Source: Basidiobolus meristosporus CBS 931.73 (taxonomy: Eukaryota; Fungi; Basidiobolomycota). From it: a stretch of 64,000 bases of DNA. The stretch lies in contig MCFE01000247.1 of assembly GCA_002104905.1 (NCBI GenBank), forward strand, positions 50,986 to 114,985. Direction: 5' to 3'. The position numbers and the translations under genes were made by a program. Under the pieces are notes generated by a model. It ran no database searches, was not told where the DNA came from, and saw only the letters and a list, made by a program, of their open reading frames with translations. Shown here in pieces: positions 24,587 to 36,679 of this stretch. How positions within the stretch are numbered: the stretch's first letter is position 1; each line of letters begins with the position of its first letter.

Positions 24587-25036
24587 AGGTTGCACAGGTC
24601 GTTGAGGCGGTGATAGCGCGAGTTGTCGAGTGATATCTTCATTCCGATGTAGCGTTTTGTAGCGTCCTTTCGACGCTCAACTTTCAGGAGCACTCTATCA
24701 TTTAGGGGGTTCGCAGCATATGGGTGCTCGAGGAGAATTACCAGCTAAAAATAGCTGGATTAGTATCTCGGATATTTTGACCCTATACGAGTAGACAGTA
24801 GGCAAATATCCGTCACATCCATGCATGATCAAGATTTAGCCAGAACCGTGTACTGGGATGCGGCATTGATAGTGGAATACAAGGTTCGGGAACAGTTCAT
24901 TGCCTGTTGGCTCACCTCTGATGCAACAGGATTTGATAGGATCAAAACCAATCTCGGTGCAAGTTTGGACTCAGCTGTACAAAACTCTTGATTACTTCAT
25001 CACCATTTCTTTTGTACGTTCACACGCAACATAGTA

Positions 25037-26683
25037 ATGAGCCTCTCACGAAAGTTGTTAACTCTGTTTATCTGCCTGGCTTTGTTGTCGCTCAGCTTTG
25101 TCTCAGCTGGTAAGTCATACCGACAATTTTATCTTGCAACTCAGAGCTAATCAAACTCCTCGGTGCGTGAGTAGATGCGGAGACTCAAGAGCCTGCAACC
25201 ATTGAAGAGCCTGTCGTATCTAAAGGTATTGTTCTTTCCCATTCAAGGAGCCACCAACAGATCGAACTGATTTCTCGCGTTTAGCCCTTCCCAAGCCTCT
25301 CCAGCTATCCGATTTCTACGTCGAGTTCATCTTCATCACTGGCATCGCCGGTTACTTCCTGCAATATTTCCGCGGAAAAACCACCAATGAGCAACTAGCC
25401 AAAAAATGGTAGGTGTTTCCAACTGTTTCCTCGAAGGAAGTCATCTCAACTTTTCGTATGCAGGTTGGATACCTATCTCCCCATTTTCCGGGAGAACTTT
25501 GCTCATCTTGGAAATGAAAAAGGCCACTTTCTTATGAAGGATGGTCCAGCAGACTACATGTTCTACGCTACTGGTAGAGCTCATTGCCGCTATGTCATGG
25601 GGACTATGAAGGTATGTAGTAGGGTGTGGAATCGATCTCTGAAGAACATGAACGTTGACATTTCCATTTTCCTTCAGCTTCTTCCCAGACACGATGTTAT
25701 AGGGATGATGTTTAACTTGTACACGCAAAGCGTCGATCTTATCGTATGTATAGTTTCCCCGAATCAGAAAGGGCTCTGTTTAACTCAACCATCCCAACTA
25801 GACCATGGTCATCCAAATGAACGAGGGTGAATACGACGACTTCTTCTTCTCCATTCTCCCCAAAAAGAAAGCGCACATTCTTCGCAAAGACAGATATGAC
25901 ATCGTGAGTCTCGGGGATTTATTTCTTCTACTTCAGTGCGACTAATCTAAACCGCAATAGAACACCTTCGGTAGACAAGTCAACCAAACCAAACTCCCTA
26001 ACTCCTTCTGCATTTTTACCGAGCACTCCGAAGTCACCGATCTTATCGTCTGCGATGAGGTCGTTAAAGTTCTTGAAGAATGTGAAGAATTCGTAGAGGA
26101 GATCTGTTTCTCGGATCAACCATCAACGCAGCCTACCAGGTAATGAGTAGCATCGGCAGGTTCTCATGTGTCCTACAATACTTACGTGACCGATGGATGT
26201 TTAGTGTCGAAGAGAAATCCCCCAAGACCATTTCTATCTCATTCCGCCTTCCTCCCGCCGCAGAGTTGCACAAGGTTTCTCAACTACATGAGCTTGCTAT
26301 GTATCTAGTCGATTACATCTCCGACCGGGCTAAGTTTAGTCGCGAGGTAAGCAGCGCAATATTGTGGCCCTCGGAAGCACACCGTATTGATTAACTGTGC
26401 ATTAGTGCAAGAACAAGTTGAAGAAAACCCGTGAGGAGGCAATGAAGGTCATCTTGAAGAGCACTGCTCAAGAACGCGAAGAGGCCCTTCAACAACGCAA
26501 GGCCGAAGAGCGTCGCAAGAAGCAGGCCGAGGCTAGCAAGTTGTCCCCCGAAGCCCAGCGCAAGGTAAGTCCACCCCACCATCGCTCGACACTGTGCCGT
26601 ACATAACCATTTTTCTTGCATAGCTTGAGGAGAAGCAAAAGAAGAAAGAATCGCGCAAAAAGAGGTCAACCATTAGAATGTAA
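25037..26683 (+). CDS. CCDC47: CCDC47/PAT-complex subunit (DUF1682), multi-exon
   Basis: Signal peptide and TM segment, YFRGKTTNEQLAKKW, YMFYATGR, LLPRHD, and a C-terminal charged coiled coil (REEALQQRKAEERRKK...LSPEAQRKLEEK). Confidence 0.85.
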
Positions 26684-26949
26684 TTGGCCCTGTTACAACA
26701 TGAGGACAATAAAGGTTTTTTTATTCATCAAACCGGCCTCGGTAGATCTATAAGATCCCCAGGTGTGTGTATCATTTACAGTAGCCAACAATAAAATATA
26801 GGAAAAAGGAATCAATGTGCGGGGACACTTGCAAAATATACAGAATGATATTTCAGAAATTGTGCGGTTTGTGAGTTAGAGGGTGTCCATATCTAAATGC
26901 CAAGCTTGGGGTTAGTTGGTGCGAGGGAATGTCATATATATATCATGGG

Positions 26950-28336
26950 TTAGCAACCTTCGTCTTTCAGCACCCCTGGGGTCTCGGGCAGCTCACCAAT
27001 CTCAGTTAATGGGCTATCGACTAACAGCCTCGGGTTAGTAACTGCGATATTGTCAACGAATACTGGTTAAAATACCGGCTGAGATTGGCTTTTCTTCATA
27101 AACATCCATAGGATCATCCTCGCTGATCATCCCCTCTTCTTCGGGCTCGGCATTTGAAGCCTGATTTTGGCCCTCAGCACCGGACTCACTTGAACTCGAG
27201 CTTGGCGACTGTGGAATTGGTGAAGGAAGCGGGGTGTATTTATGCTCCTCATCTCCGGGGTTGGCATCATCCGCAGACGCTTTCTCGACGACAATCAAGG
27301 GTTTATTCTCAGCCTTGAGTTCGGCCTGTCTATTGGTATTGTCGTCAGGCTTATCCGACCCATCGGGGGTATTCACATCCATGGACTCGATCAAATCGTC
27401 AGGCTCAGCGTCGGAGTCGAAAACCTTTGGCTCCTCAGGCTTATTCTCCGCAACCTCTTTCTCTTCCTTGAGTGCACGTTGCATGTTACCTATAGCATCT
27501 AGGATAAGGCGGAACTGTTCCTGGCGTAATTCCATGGATCTTGTGTGGCTGACATTCTCTGCCTCCAGGATGGCGATATCGCTTTTTAGCTTCTGGATAT
27601 CCCTAAAGCCTAAGTTAGCTCTGTTTCTGACCATTCGTAACGAGGACCGCATACCTCAAGGAGTCTTCTCGATTTGGATGTTGTCTAATCTCCTTGGTCA
27701 GTTTGTCATATTCAATCTTATTGTTCAGCTCCACCTGTGCTTCTTTGAGCTGCTTTCTCAGGACTTGTATGGCATCTTGGGTAGCTTCGATATCTCTCTC
27801 TAGCGAACAGTCGCTTGTTTAGTTTTTGTACTGATTTGAACCAAAAAGTCGGAAACTCCTCAATGTACCTATGGTGTCGGAATCTTGAGCAAAATGCTTC
27901 ACTTGTACTTCACTCATATCCTGGATGAACTGATTCCGAAGCATAGTTTGCTCATACTGGGCAAATTCCGCCACAACAAGTGGCAGCTGTTGTTCACTAG
28001 ACGAAAATAAATGTTGGAGAAGAGCCTTTGAAGAAAGACTGGTTGAGATTGCCAAACCAGATCGGGCCATGTACCCAAGACACTTACGCTTCAGCTATAG
28101 AAACTGTTTTCAGGGAGTTCGACCAGGTCAGGAAACGTTTCAGACACCGTTTTAAAGGTCTTTCATCGACAGAAAGACGATTGCGTATAATCGTATCTAA
28201 AGTGGCATAGAGTCGTAACGTGTTAATTAGAAATCGATCGGTAAAAAACCATCGTATGATCGAGACGTGTCGGGGGGCTCGAACTCGTCAACAAAATGGT
28301 TCGGAAAGGTTTTTTTGACCACCAACCGTCGTCCAT
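26950..28336 (-). CDS. THOC7: THO complex subunit 7/Mft1, multi-exon
   Basis: MDDDTIIRNRLSVDERPLKRCLKRF, IKYDKLTKEIRQHPNRE, and MELRQEQFRLILDAI. The last intron has a TACTAAC branch site. Confidence 0.8.
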
Positions 28337-28548
28337 ATCGCGCTTCTCAGTAGGTTCGTCCGCTCGTACGAGTAACGAGGCAAGAGTTACTAAATTTCCA
28401 GCTAATGTATTTATCTCTTATACATGTATAATACAGATTTGGGAAATCCAAATTTTCTAGGTAGTCGATGGACACCGATTTCTTCCGACTTTGAAAAAAT
28501 TGATTACATTTATATGTGGATTAACAGCGAGAACGATTTGAGCGTGTC

Positions 28549-29347
28549 ATGTCTTTACGGTTTGGTGGCTCACTATTAACACGGCTGCCAAAGAGCTGCA
28601 GCGTCAGTATCCAGCAGGGCCAGCGACGAAGCTTTTTTGGCCTTCCATCAGCCTTAAATGAACTTGCGAAATCCCTCTCTTCCAAGGAGTACCAGGAGCA
28701 GAGGGTCCTTGGGTAGGTTTCTTCACAAATATTCGCATAAAAGCGTGTGCGAAGAAGGAGGTTATTGATGTCCACCCCAACGAGTAGATATTCGCCACAG
28801 CAGCTATACGAGGTCGTATCCAATGTTGACGACTACAAGAAGTTTTTGCCCTGGTGTTCAGATTCCAGGGTGCTTGTCTCCAGGCCACCAAGCGCACCTC
28901 TTGGTGGGAGGAAAGTGATGCAAGCAGAGCTGGTAGTAGGCTTCCAAGCGTTCAACGAACGCTATACTTCTGAAGTGACTTGCGACAATCCGACTCAAGT
29001 TAGAGTAAGTACTCCACAAATGCAACCGCCACCGCTCCGTACCATTGATTGAGATAATTCCCGACTAGGCTGTAGCGTCCAATTCATTGCTGTTCAATCA
29101 CCTGGAGAATCGATGGAGATTCACGCCAATCCCCAACCCACACCAAGTCCCTGGTTCTCCACCTAAACAGCCACTTTGCCAGGTTGATTTCTATGTAAAC
29201 TTCGAATTCTCTTCGCCAATCCATGCACAGATTTCGAACCTGTTCTTCGATCAAGTAAGCAGCTTGATGATCAAGGCGTTTGTGGATCGTTGCCATCAGT
29301 TGTATGGCCCACCATCGCCTGTGCCTCGCTCTCTTCAGGGGAAATAG
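28549..29347 (+). CDS. COQ10: Coenzyme Q-binding protein (START domain)
   Basis: Mitochondrial-type presequence. YSPQQLYEVVSNVDDYKKFLPWC, AELVVGFQAFNERYTSEV, LFNHLENRWRF, VDFYVNFEF. Confidence 0.9.
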
Positions 29348-29692
29348 CTGCGTTAACCCTCACTCTATGCATATGTTGCCCCATCCTCATTGTATGCTAG
29401 CATTCAATACCTCACCCATGCATTCACTGACCACTCATTGTATTTCTCATTGTATGCATATCCTAGATACTAAGCACCATTCAGATAAACGATATTTTCC
29501 TCGGGGAATAAGTGGCTTTTATTGAGCGGTTTATGGAATTGTAGGTGGGTGGTTTAAATGTTTAAGGGTATTTATGATACAGTTAGATGTTGAAATGAAG
29601 AAATAAAGTTACATTGGGCTGGGATGATGCTGGTGATGATGAAAGGGTGAAGGTGCCTACTCAGCAAACAAGGCCACAAACCAAATTCCAGT

Positions 29693-30388
29693 CTACCAAA
29701 CTCGGTAAGAATCTCTAAGGTATCGACGTGGGGGCGATTGATGAGGACTACCAAGCTTAAGTTCGCCCAGCCTCCATGCTGCTTCCTTCGACTGCTTTCC
29801 GCGAATCCCCGAGTAACGGCTGCTTGTGTCGGAGAATTCGGAGTCTATGGAGCTGTCCAATAGGTTCATGGTTGAGCTATTGTTTCTCTGTGGGCTGAGA
29901 GAGTACCCTTCCTCACCGTCCAAGAGTTCACCAAGCGGGCTACGAGGAGCCTCGGCCGACCTTCCCTGGTTGCCAAGGTTGGACCGTGCGGAGGGGATGT
30001 CTTCGAATCTGTAACAACTATTGTTCACTTCTTTTTCCAATCTTCTCTTCTTGGCTCTTCGAGACCTGACACAACATATAACCACACAGAGCAATACAAG
30101 CACCACCACCACCCCGCATACGATCGCCGCGAGGTAAAGTGGTGCGATGGTGAGGGAACCGATTGTAATGTCGTGTGCGTTGACTTCTTCGAAGAAGGAA
30201 TTTACATTGTTGGTCTCAGCGGGGCTAGAATTCGGAGTTGCTTTGTCTACCTCTCCGTCTCGTTTGTACAGCTCTTTATTCACTTGGCTAATATCATAAA
30301 CAAGCACGGGGGTGGATAAGACGGCACCTTGTGAGCATATGGCCAGCAATATGCTCGTAGGAATGGCCGACCAAAACTGACTTCTCAT
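29693..30388 (-). CDS. Hypothetical signal-peptide plus single-TM protein
   Basis: Long ORF with a signal peptide (MRSQFWSAIPTSILLAIC), a TM segment (LYLAAIVCGVVVVLVLLCVVICCV) and a basic stop-transfer stretch. Confidence 0.7.
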   Translation of the reverse strand: MRSQFWSAIPTSILLAICSQGAVLSTPVLVYDISQVNKELYKRDGEVDKATPNSSPAETNNVNSFFEEVNAHDITIGSLTIAPLYLAAIVCGVVVVLVLLCVVICCVRSRRAKKRRLEKEVNNSCYRFEDIPSARSNLGNQGRSAEAPRSPLGELLDGEEGYSLSPQRNNSSTMNLLDSSIDSEFSDTSSRYSGIRGKQSKEAAWRLGELKLGSPHQSPPRRYLRDSYRVW

Positions 30389-30892
30389 AGGGTATGAACT
30401 CGAAATGGGTCGGAGTCGCAAGTATACGCAAAGTGGCAGTATTGACAACAACTGAGGAGAAGGTTGGAAAGAATATAAGGGAAAATATCCAGAGGCCTGG
30501 TAAAGGGTGTCGAGAGAAGCGAAACGAAACGATGGTTAGAGAATCGCTAGGCTGAATGAAAGGAAATGTGGGGCAAAGCTAATCAAAACGTGTGCTGTAA
30601 GTCAAAATGGGTATCAAATTGAGTGTAACAGGATTTCAATATAAATCATATTACTCTGATCAATTCAAGGCCTTTTCAATCTTTATTAGAGTGAATCCCA
30701 ACTGACTCGTAGCCTATGAGATACCCCATTCACATGGTACAAACACCGTTTTCAATGAGAATAAATTTTGTTTTCAGCCTTGGTACAGCACTGGTTAGTT
30801 GCTTTAATAAAATAATCATCTCCTAACGCAGTTTCGTATCAACATCAATTCCTACTTTAACTGGCTATATGACTGTCATTTCTAAGATATCC

Positions 30893-31506
30893 CTACCCCC
30901 ACTCTTCCACATTGTGATATTGGTAGCCATGTAATGGTGGGGGTCTCAGCGAGGGGGGCAGGTTTTTCGGCAAGTCCTTGGGTACTGAATACTTGGCTGC
31001 GTTGGAGTTGCTTTTTCTCTCGGTACGGTTAAGTAAGGCGGCCAAGTCAGGATCTTGATGCGTCAGAAGATCAGTAACCAAGCCATCTAAATAGCTCTAC
31101 CTAGTCTACCTACGAGCGTATAGATCCTTCGGTACCCCGTACGGGAAATGGGAATATTTACAGCTTAGTCCGTACTCGCATCTCCCAATGCTCATGAATT
31201 TTCGGCAGGGCGGAGCATGAAGTTGCTCTTGGATCAAAGCGACTGGATCTGAAGGATCCCACACAAAGCAAATTCTTGTAAATATCTCCATCCAAATACA
31301 GCAAATAAGCTTGACAGTTACCACGGAAGGAGTCGTAATGCAACTTCACTTGGGCCTGATGTCCAGTGCTTTCGAGATGTTTCTTTCTGGAATCTAGATT
31401 ATCTGGGAATTGTCTATCGCAGAAATCGCAGTAAACTATCAACAGAGGATTAGAGGTTGTCCTACCCCTTGAATATCTAAAGAAGCCTATTACATTTCTT
31501 TACCAT
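30893..31506 (-). CDS. ZMAT5: U11/U12 snRNP 20K protein / zinc finger matrin-type 5
   Basis: MVKKFYCDFCDRQFPDNLDSRKKH...H (U1-type ZnF), CCCH finger CRKFMSIGRCEYGLSCKYSH, and C-terminal LPPSLRPPP...WG. Confidence 0.85.
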
Positions 31507-32538
31507 TTCCCAGCCACTTTATACGTTGAACTTGATACAGTCAACCAAGCCAGTGTTGAGAGAATAAATGAATTCATGGGTCATGTGACCGGTTGACAAG
31601 TGATTTCGATCCTGATTGGAAGGGTGGCATACAAACAGACAGGTACTAATGAATCACCATGCTGCTAATAGTGCTGATCAACCGGCCTACGAGTTATCCG
31701 TGGCTTTAAACTCCCTTATCCCTTTATTGAAAGATAGTACCAGGAATAATTGGGTCTCCTAGAAAGTTCATGCATGACCAGTTCGTCAGCAAGATTGCCA
31801 CTTGAAGAAGTCCTGGTTTGGACCACGCTTACCACAAACGAATATCAATGAATAGGAGCGTGGTGTCTCGGCTACCCCATGGACATGGAGCGCATCATTA
31901 CTGTCATGGACACCCCACAGGGGCACGGGTTGGTTTCCGATCGTGTGTTGCGTGTACCCAGGATCGACGACCAGACTCCTCTCGCTACCATGGCCTTTGT
32001 CGCCAGCGGAAACGGAGAGAGGAGGTAGAGAGAACCACCAATCGATCGGTAAGGCAGCGTGGGTGGGAGTTACTGATTTACCTGATATTTGGGCCGATGC
32101 GAGGCGTGGTGATGGCAGTGTGGAAGCTGAATCAGAAATAACTGGCCTCCAATGGTTCGTGCTGCCCCTTAAACATCACAACGCGATGTAAGCGCCACAC
32201 CAAAATACGAATCAATGCTCCATCCTCTCATGGTTTCGGATATCACTCATCCACCAGCCGATCCTGGCTCGTAAGATCAGTGTAGTGGGTCTCTTTATCC
32301 TGGGATGCTCGACTGATTGTCCACTTTACATCTTAGACTAACCATCAATTTATTTGGATAGCATGTCTCATACACTATGGGGGAAATTACTGGTCACTGG
32401 TGTGTGTATTTTGTTTAAATAGGCCGTCGTTTCCCAAGTCCCACCCGTACATGGTTATTGACTAGTCTGTACAATATTATTCATCGCACAACCACTCCCC
32501 CATTCATTCTTGTAGTATTGCTAGTTGATCCAAACGAG

Positions 32539-33414
32539 ATGTCTTGGAATGAGCAACTCCTCCTCAACCAGTCGACGGCGTATGGTAATGAAGGACTGTG
32601 CGAGATACCCAGGTTTCCTAGAGACTTGCTGGATTTCCCTCAGCTTCCTTTGTTCCGTCAATCCGCGTCAGAGAAGAAGCATCCCTATCTGCTTCCTGGC
32701 TTAAACATAGACGACTCGCCAAACCTCGAATCATTGCCATCCATTTGGGGAAATCCGCATGTTCGACCCGCGATGATCTTTTCAGGCTCGCCATTTAACC
32801 ACAGTAGTGTCACTTCCATTACCACAGACCACCCCACCAAGCATCACGGCGGCTCTGTAACTTCAATCGACGAATTGTGTGTTACAAAAGACCCTGCTTT
32901 CCAAGTGGCATCCCCACTTTCCTCCAAGATAACCATAGAAATGCTACTCAACGATGATGACGGTGGCGAAACGGATCCGGCCACAAGCAAAAAAATCAGG
33001 CGTGCACTTGCCCCTACGATATCATTACCTGACGACATTTCTCCTGGTCTGGCTAGTGATAACTCCACCAATAACTCCGTCGCAAATTCGCCGATAGCTC
33101 CCAAATTTTCCCCAGCTCCCGAAGCTTGGGACAGATCGTCCAGGCCTACCAACTTAGATGATAGCCTGAGTAAGAGAACACCACAGCTAGAAAAGTCACA
33201 TGTATGCACAGTGACCGGATGCAACATGCGATTCAAGCGCTTAGAGCATCTCAAACGTCATCACCGAGTGCACACCATGGAGCGACCCTTTCCCTGCACG
33301 TTTCCCGGCTGTGGCAAGACTTTCTCCAGGCAAGACAACCTTAGGCAACATACGAGAACACACCAGCGCCATCACAGTCGAACCAAGAGACACACTCGAA
33401 ACAGAACACATTGA
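32539..33414 (+). CDS. C2H2 zinc-finger transcription factor (two fingers; the start may lie in an upstream exon)
   Basis: [55 protein letters not shown]. Confidence 0.85.
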   Translation: MSWNEQLLLNQSTAYGNEGLCEIPRFPRDLLDFPQLPLFRQSASEKKHPYLLPGLNIDDSPNLESLPSIWGNPHVRPAMIFSGSPFNHSSVTSITTDHPTKHHGGSVTSIDELCVTKDPAFQVASPLSSKITIEMLLNDDDGGETDPATSKKIRRALAPTISLPDDISPGLASDNSTNNSVANSPIAPKFSPAPEAWDRSSRPTNLDDSLSKRTPQLEKSHVCTVTGCNMRFKRLEHLKRHHRVHTMERPFPCTFPGCGKTFSRQDNLRQHTRTHQRHHSRTKRHTRNRTH

Positions 33415-33834
33415 AGCGCCCACTGTTCCACAAGAGAATAGATAGCGCCCTCTTCAATTGATACCTCCTACAGGTTAGATACCAGAAAAGCCGGCTTTTC
33501 CAATTCGTTCTCAATTTAGGCTGATCCTTCGCTTCCCGGAGTGAAAATCACCAATAAAGACAAAGATTGATCTGATTTGGGACAAGGCGTATTCATTCCA
33601 GTATTTCCTCCTCCAGCAACCGAAATGTTCTGGATGAGGATGGAGGATGACGATATGGTCATGATCTTGGGCTGACGGATCAGGAAATCAAATATATCAC
33701 AAATGGTTGACTTTCCCATTTTATCTTTGCTGAAACTCAATTGGCTTAATCTGGAGTATGTATTTTGCGAGCTCACCAGCACTGCCCTTGGTTATCTTTA
33801 CTCTATTCCACCCAGCAGAGGAGTGTCTTCGAGA

Positions 33835-35208
33835 ATGTTTCGCCTTCATAAGAGATCACTGATTCTGTTTATTACCACTTTGGTTTTTGTGGTGATTCTG
33901 GTGAAATACCGTGGTGACGTTGACCTGAACACCGTCGACAATCTTGGTCTGGACTTTCCATATCCCCACTCGTTCCCGGAATCACCAAAAAACAAGCCTT
34001 CCGAGCTAGAGGGCGACGACAGTGAGGGGAAGAAGGAGGAAAAGCCTGAGAAATTCCTTGCGTACTTGCCTCACAGTGGCTTCCATAACCAGCGAATCGC
34101 ACTTGAAAACGCCATAATGCTCGCCATGTATCTTAATAGGACCCTGTTGGTCCCGCCGGTATATCTCGGTGACGCACAGGCATGGAAGCCCTTTGACGAT
34201 CTCCACGATATTTTAGAAAAGAGAACAAAGGCCGGGATGATATCGTGCGCCAGATACAGCGAGATGCCCATTCAAAAGCAGCCCAAGAGATGCGCAGCTT
34301 ATTTCGGATGGACCATGCTACCCTGGAGCTCTTTATACAGCCTAAACGCGCTACAGGGATTCATCAAGTTCATTGAGCGCGACGATATGAGCATATCTAG
34401 TTTACAGAAGTACGGCATCGATCCACAACAGGACATCTACTTTCTCAAGGATACTGCGCTTTACGACTATCGAATTTTCGACCATTTCCCAGAGGGGTAT
34501 GTTGTTGGAAAGTACCAGCGAAAAATCATGGTATCCGATCTTCAAAAGATTCCCGACAAACTACTTCACATAGGCTCGATCTTCGGTAACCTCCGTGTGA
34601 CCACTCTACAGCACAAGAGTGAATACAAACATATCCTTGACAGCCTACAGTTCACAAATCCTGGTCTGAAGAAAGTGTCGCAAGCCATTGTGGATCAACT
34701 TGGAGGCCGTGGGAAGTACCTTGGCATTCACCTTCGGGTTGGCGATGGCAACTTTAGCTACAAGGTGGAAGAGAACGCCCATGGTATCTTAGAATTGCTA
34801 ACACAGATGCTGGCCATGACTGGCCGTGGTGAGCTCGGAGGTCAGCTTCCAGACAGGTATCCGTCTCTTTCTCAGTGCTTAAACCAAAAGCCCATGATAT
34901 CCCCCATTGTGTACCTCGCCACTGATGCTCGTAATCCTCGGGAAAGGCTGGACTTTGCATCAATCTTCACTAGATTCCCATGCACTTTCGTTCTCAACGA
35001 TTTCGCTAATGCCCTTGCCGAGACCGATGAGGTGAACCCATGGGATGGCTCGTCTATTAGCAAATACCTCATCCCAATGGTAGATGCTGTTACTGCCGCC
35101 AACGGGGAGTTCTACGTCGGAACGAATCAATCCACATTTTCCATGTATGTCCGGCGAATGCACAACCATTATCTTGGTCGGCCAGATCCTCTGAATCTGA
35201 AGTACTAA
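33835..35208 (+). CDS. O-fucosyltransferase-like protein (CigA-like), paralogue of 23279-24586
   Basis: TM anchor. YLPHSGFHNQRIALENA, GIHLRVGDG, VYLATD, YVGTNQSTFS. Confidence 0.8.
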   Translation: MFRLHKRSLILFITTLVFVVILVKYRGDVDLNTVDNLGLDFPYPHSFPESPKNKPSELEGDDSEGKKEEKPEKFLAYLPHSGFHNQRIALENAIMLAMYLNRTLLVPPVYLGDAQAWKPFDDLHDILEKRTKAGMISCARYSEMPIQKQPKRCAAYFGWTMLPWSSLYSLNALQGFIKFIERDDMSISSLQKYGIDPQQDIYFLKDTALYDYRIFDHFPEGYVVGKYQRKIMVSDLQKIPDKLLHIGSIFGNLRVTTLQHKSEYKHILDSLQFTNPGLKKVSQAIVDQLGGRGKYLGIHLRVGDGNFSYKVEENAHGILELLTQMLAMTGRGELGGQLPDRYPSLSQCLNQKPMISPIVYLATDARNPRERLDFASIFTRFPCTFVLNDFANALAETDEVNPWDGSSISKYLIPMVDAVTAANGEFYVGTNQSTFSMYVRRMHNHYLGRPDPLNLKY

Positions 35209-35371
35209 GGCCATCCCATTTTTGTACACAACATTCATAATTGTAAAATTCCCCCTCAATCAGCCTAATAAACAACCAGTGAAACGATCTCGATTTCCTT
35301 GATTGGGATTAAAATCGCTGTCCCGTCTCGAAAATTTCTCTTGTGCCAGTAGAGCAAACCCATCAAGCGAG

Positions 35372-36169
35372 ATGTTTGTCAATGTGTGGTTAAGAAATCG
35401 GCCTTTCTCCAGAGCTTCCTCACGCCTCGTTAGCAATGCCCTCCAATGCGCCCGCAGATCCGAGTCCACACTTCCACCTAATTGGACTCGGAACTTTATG
35501 AAGAGCATGATTCCCTACAGTAAGTCCAGCCATCCATCGTCGCCCAAGGCTCAAACCTAACCGAGCGCATCTGTAATAGAAACCTTCGACACGAGCTTCA
35601 ATCGGAGTAGTGGCCCAGGCGGTCAGAATGTCAACAAAGGTATGGGCTTCGAAACACCTTTCCCAGCTTTTCCCAAGGCCAACTTAGTAAGCGGCACTCT
35701 TTTCTAGTGGCAACCAAGGTGGAGATGAGATTCGTCTTGGACACTGCCGATTGGCTTCCAGAATATGTAAGGGGGAAATTGAACGAGCAGGTGAGCGCAC
35801 TGGTTGAGCTTTATTTCAACAGACTGAATGTTTAACGCGTACAACTTGTCAGAACAGAAATAGGATCAACAAAAAGGGGGAGTTCGTTATAACCTCCGAT
35901 AGAACCAGGTCCCAGGTGAAAAACGCCGACGATTGCGTTGACAAGCTCTATCAGATAATCCTCAAAGCGGGCGAGGTCCCCAAGGAGCCGGATCAAGCAA
36001 CCGTCGAGCGTGTAAAGAAATTGTGAGTGTGTTCTTAAGGAGAGTGCCGGCTGTGCTTAGAGTTACTAACCAGCTTCCTAGGCAAAAAATCGAGCAAGAA
36101 AAGAAAAAGGAAAGCAAGCAGTTTCTGGCCAAAAAGAAGAGTAGCAGAAGGTTCAAGGGCGATTTCTAG
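35372..36169 (+). CDS. ICT1: Mitochondrial peptidyl-tRNA hydrolase ICT1/Pth4 (GGQ release-factor domain), spliced
   Basis: RSSGPGGQNVNKVATKVEMRF, GEFVITSDRTRSQVKNADDC, and a basic C-terminal tail. Confidence 0.85.
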
Positions 36170-36679
36170 AAATTCATATGATTCAATGCATGTACACTAC
36201 TATACATATTATTCATCCAAACATTCATTCTGTTTCATGCTCGATCCCAACAAAACAATAAAGGAGCAGTCAGTGTAGGCTTAGCTGGATGTTGGAATAA
36301 TATTTGGTTATTGAGCCAATGAGCGGGTGTTGATCAGCCATTCCATACCAATCACACCATATTTACAGTCAGAACGAGCACTGGATGTGTGTGACTATTT
36401 TGATTTTGCCTGAAGGATAAACACAAGTGATCTTGCGAAAAACATTTTTGCTGGATTCTGCTCTCTCCTTACCGCCCCGTTTCCGCAACATCCTCGCTTG
36501 ATAGAATCTACACCGGGTACGTGGATTGCTGGGCTATTTCATCCGAGCTGTCTTGCTGTTTCCACTTTCCTATATAGTCGTCGATTATTGATTTTTCTTC
36601 TCCTCGAGCAGAGGTCTTGATAGGATACTCAATCTGACTACGTATTCACCATTGGTTTATTGTACTGCAATCGTCTATC

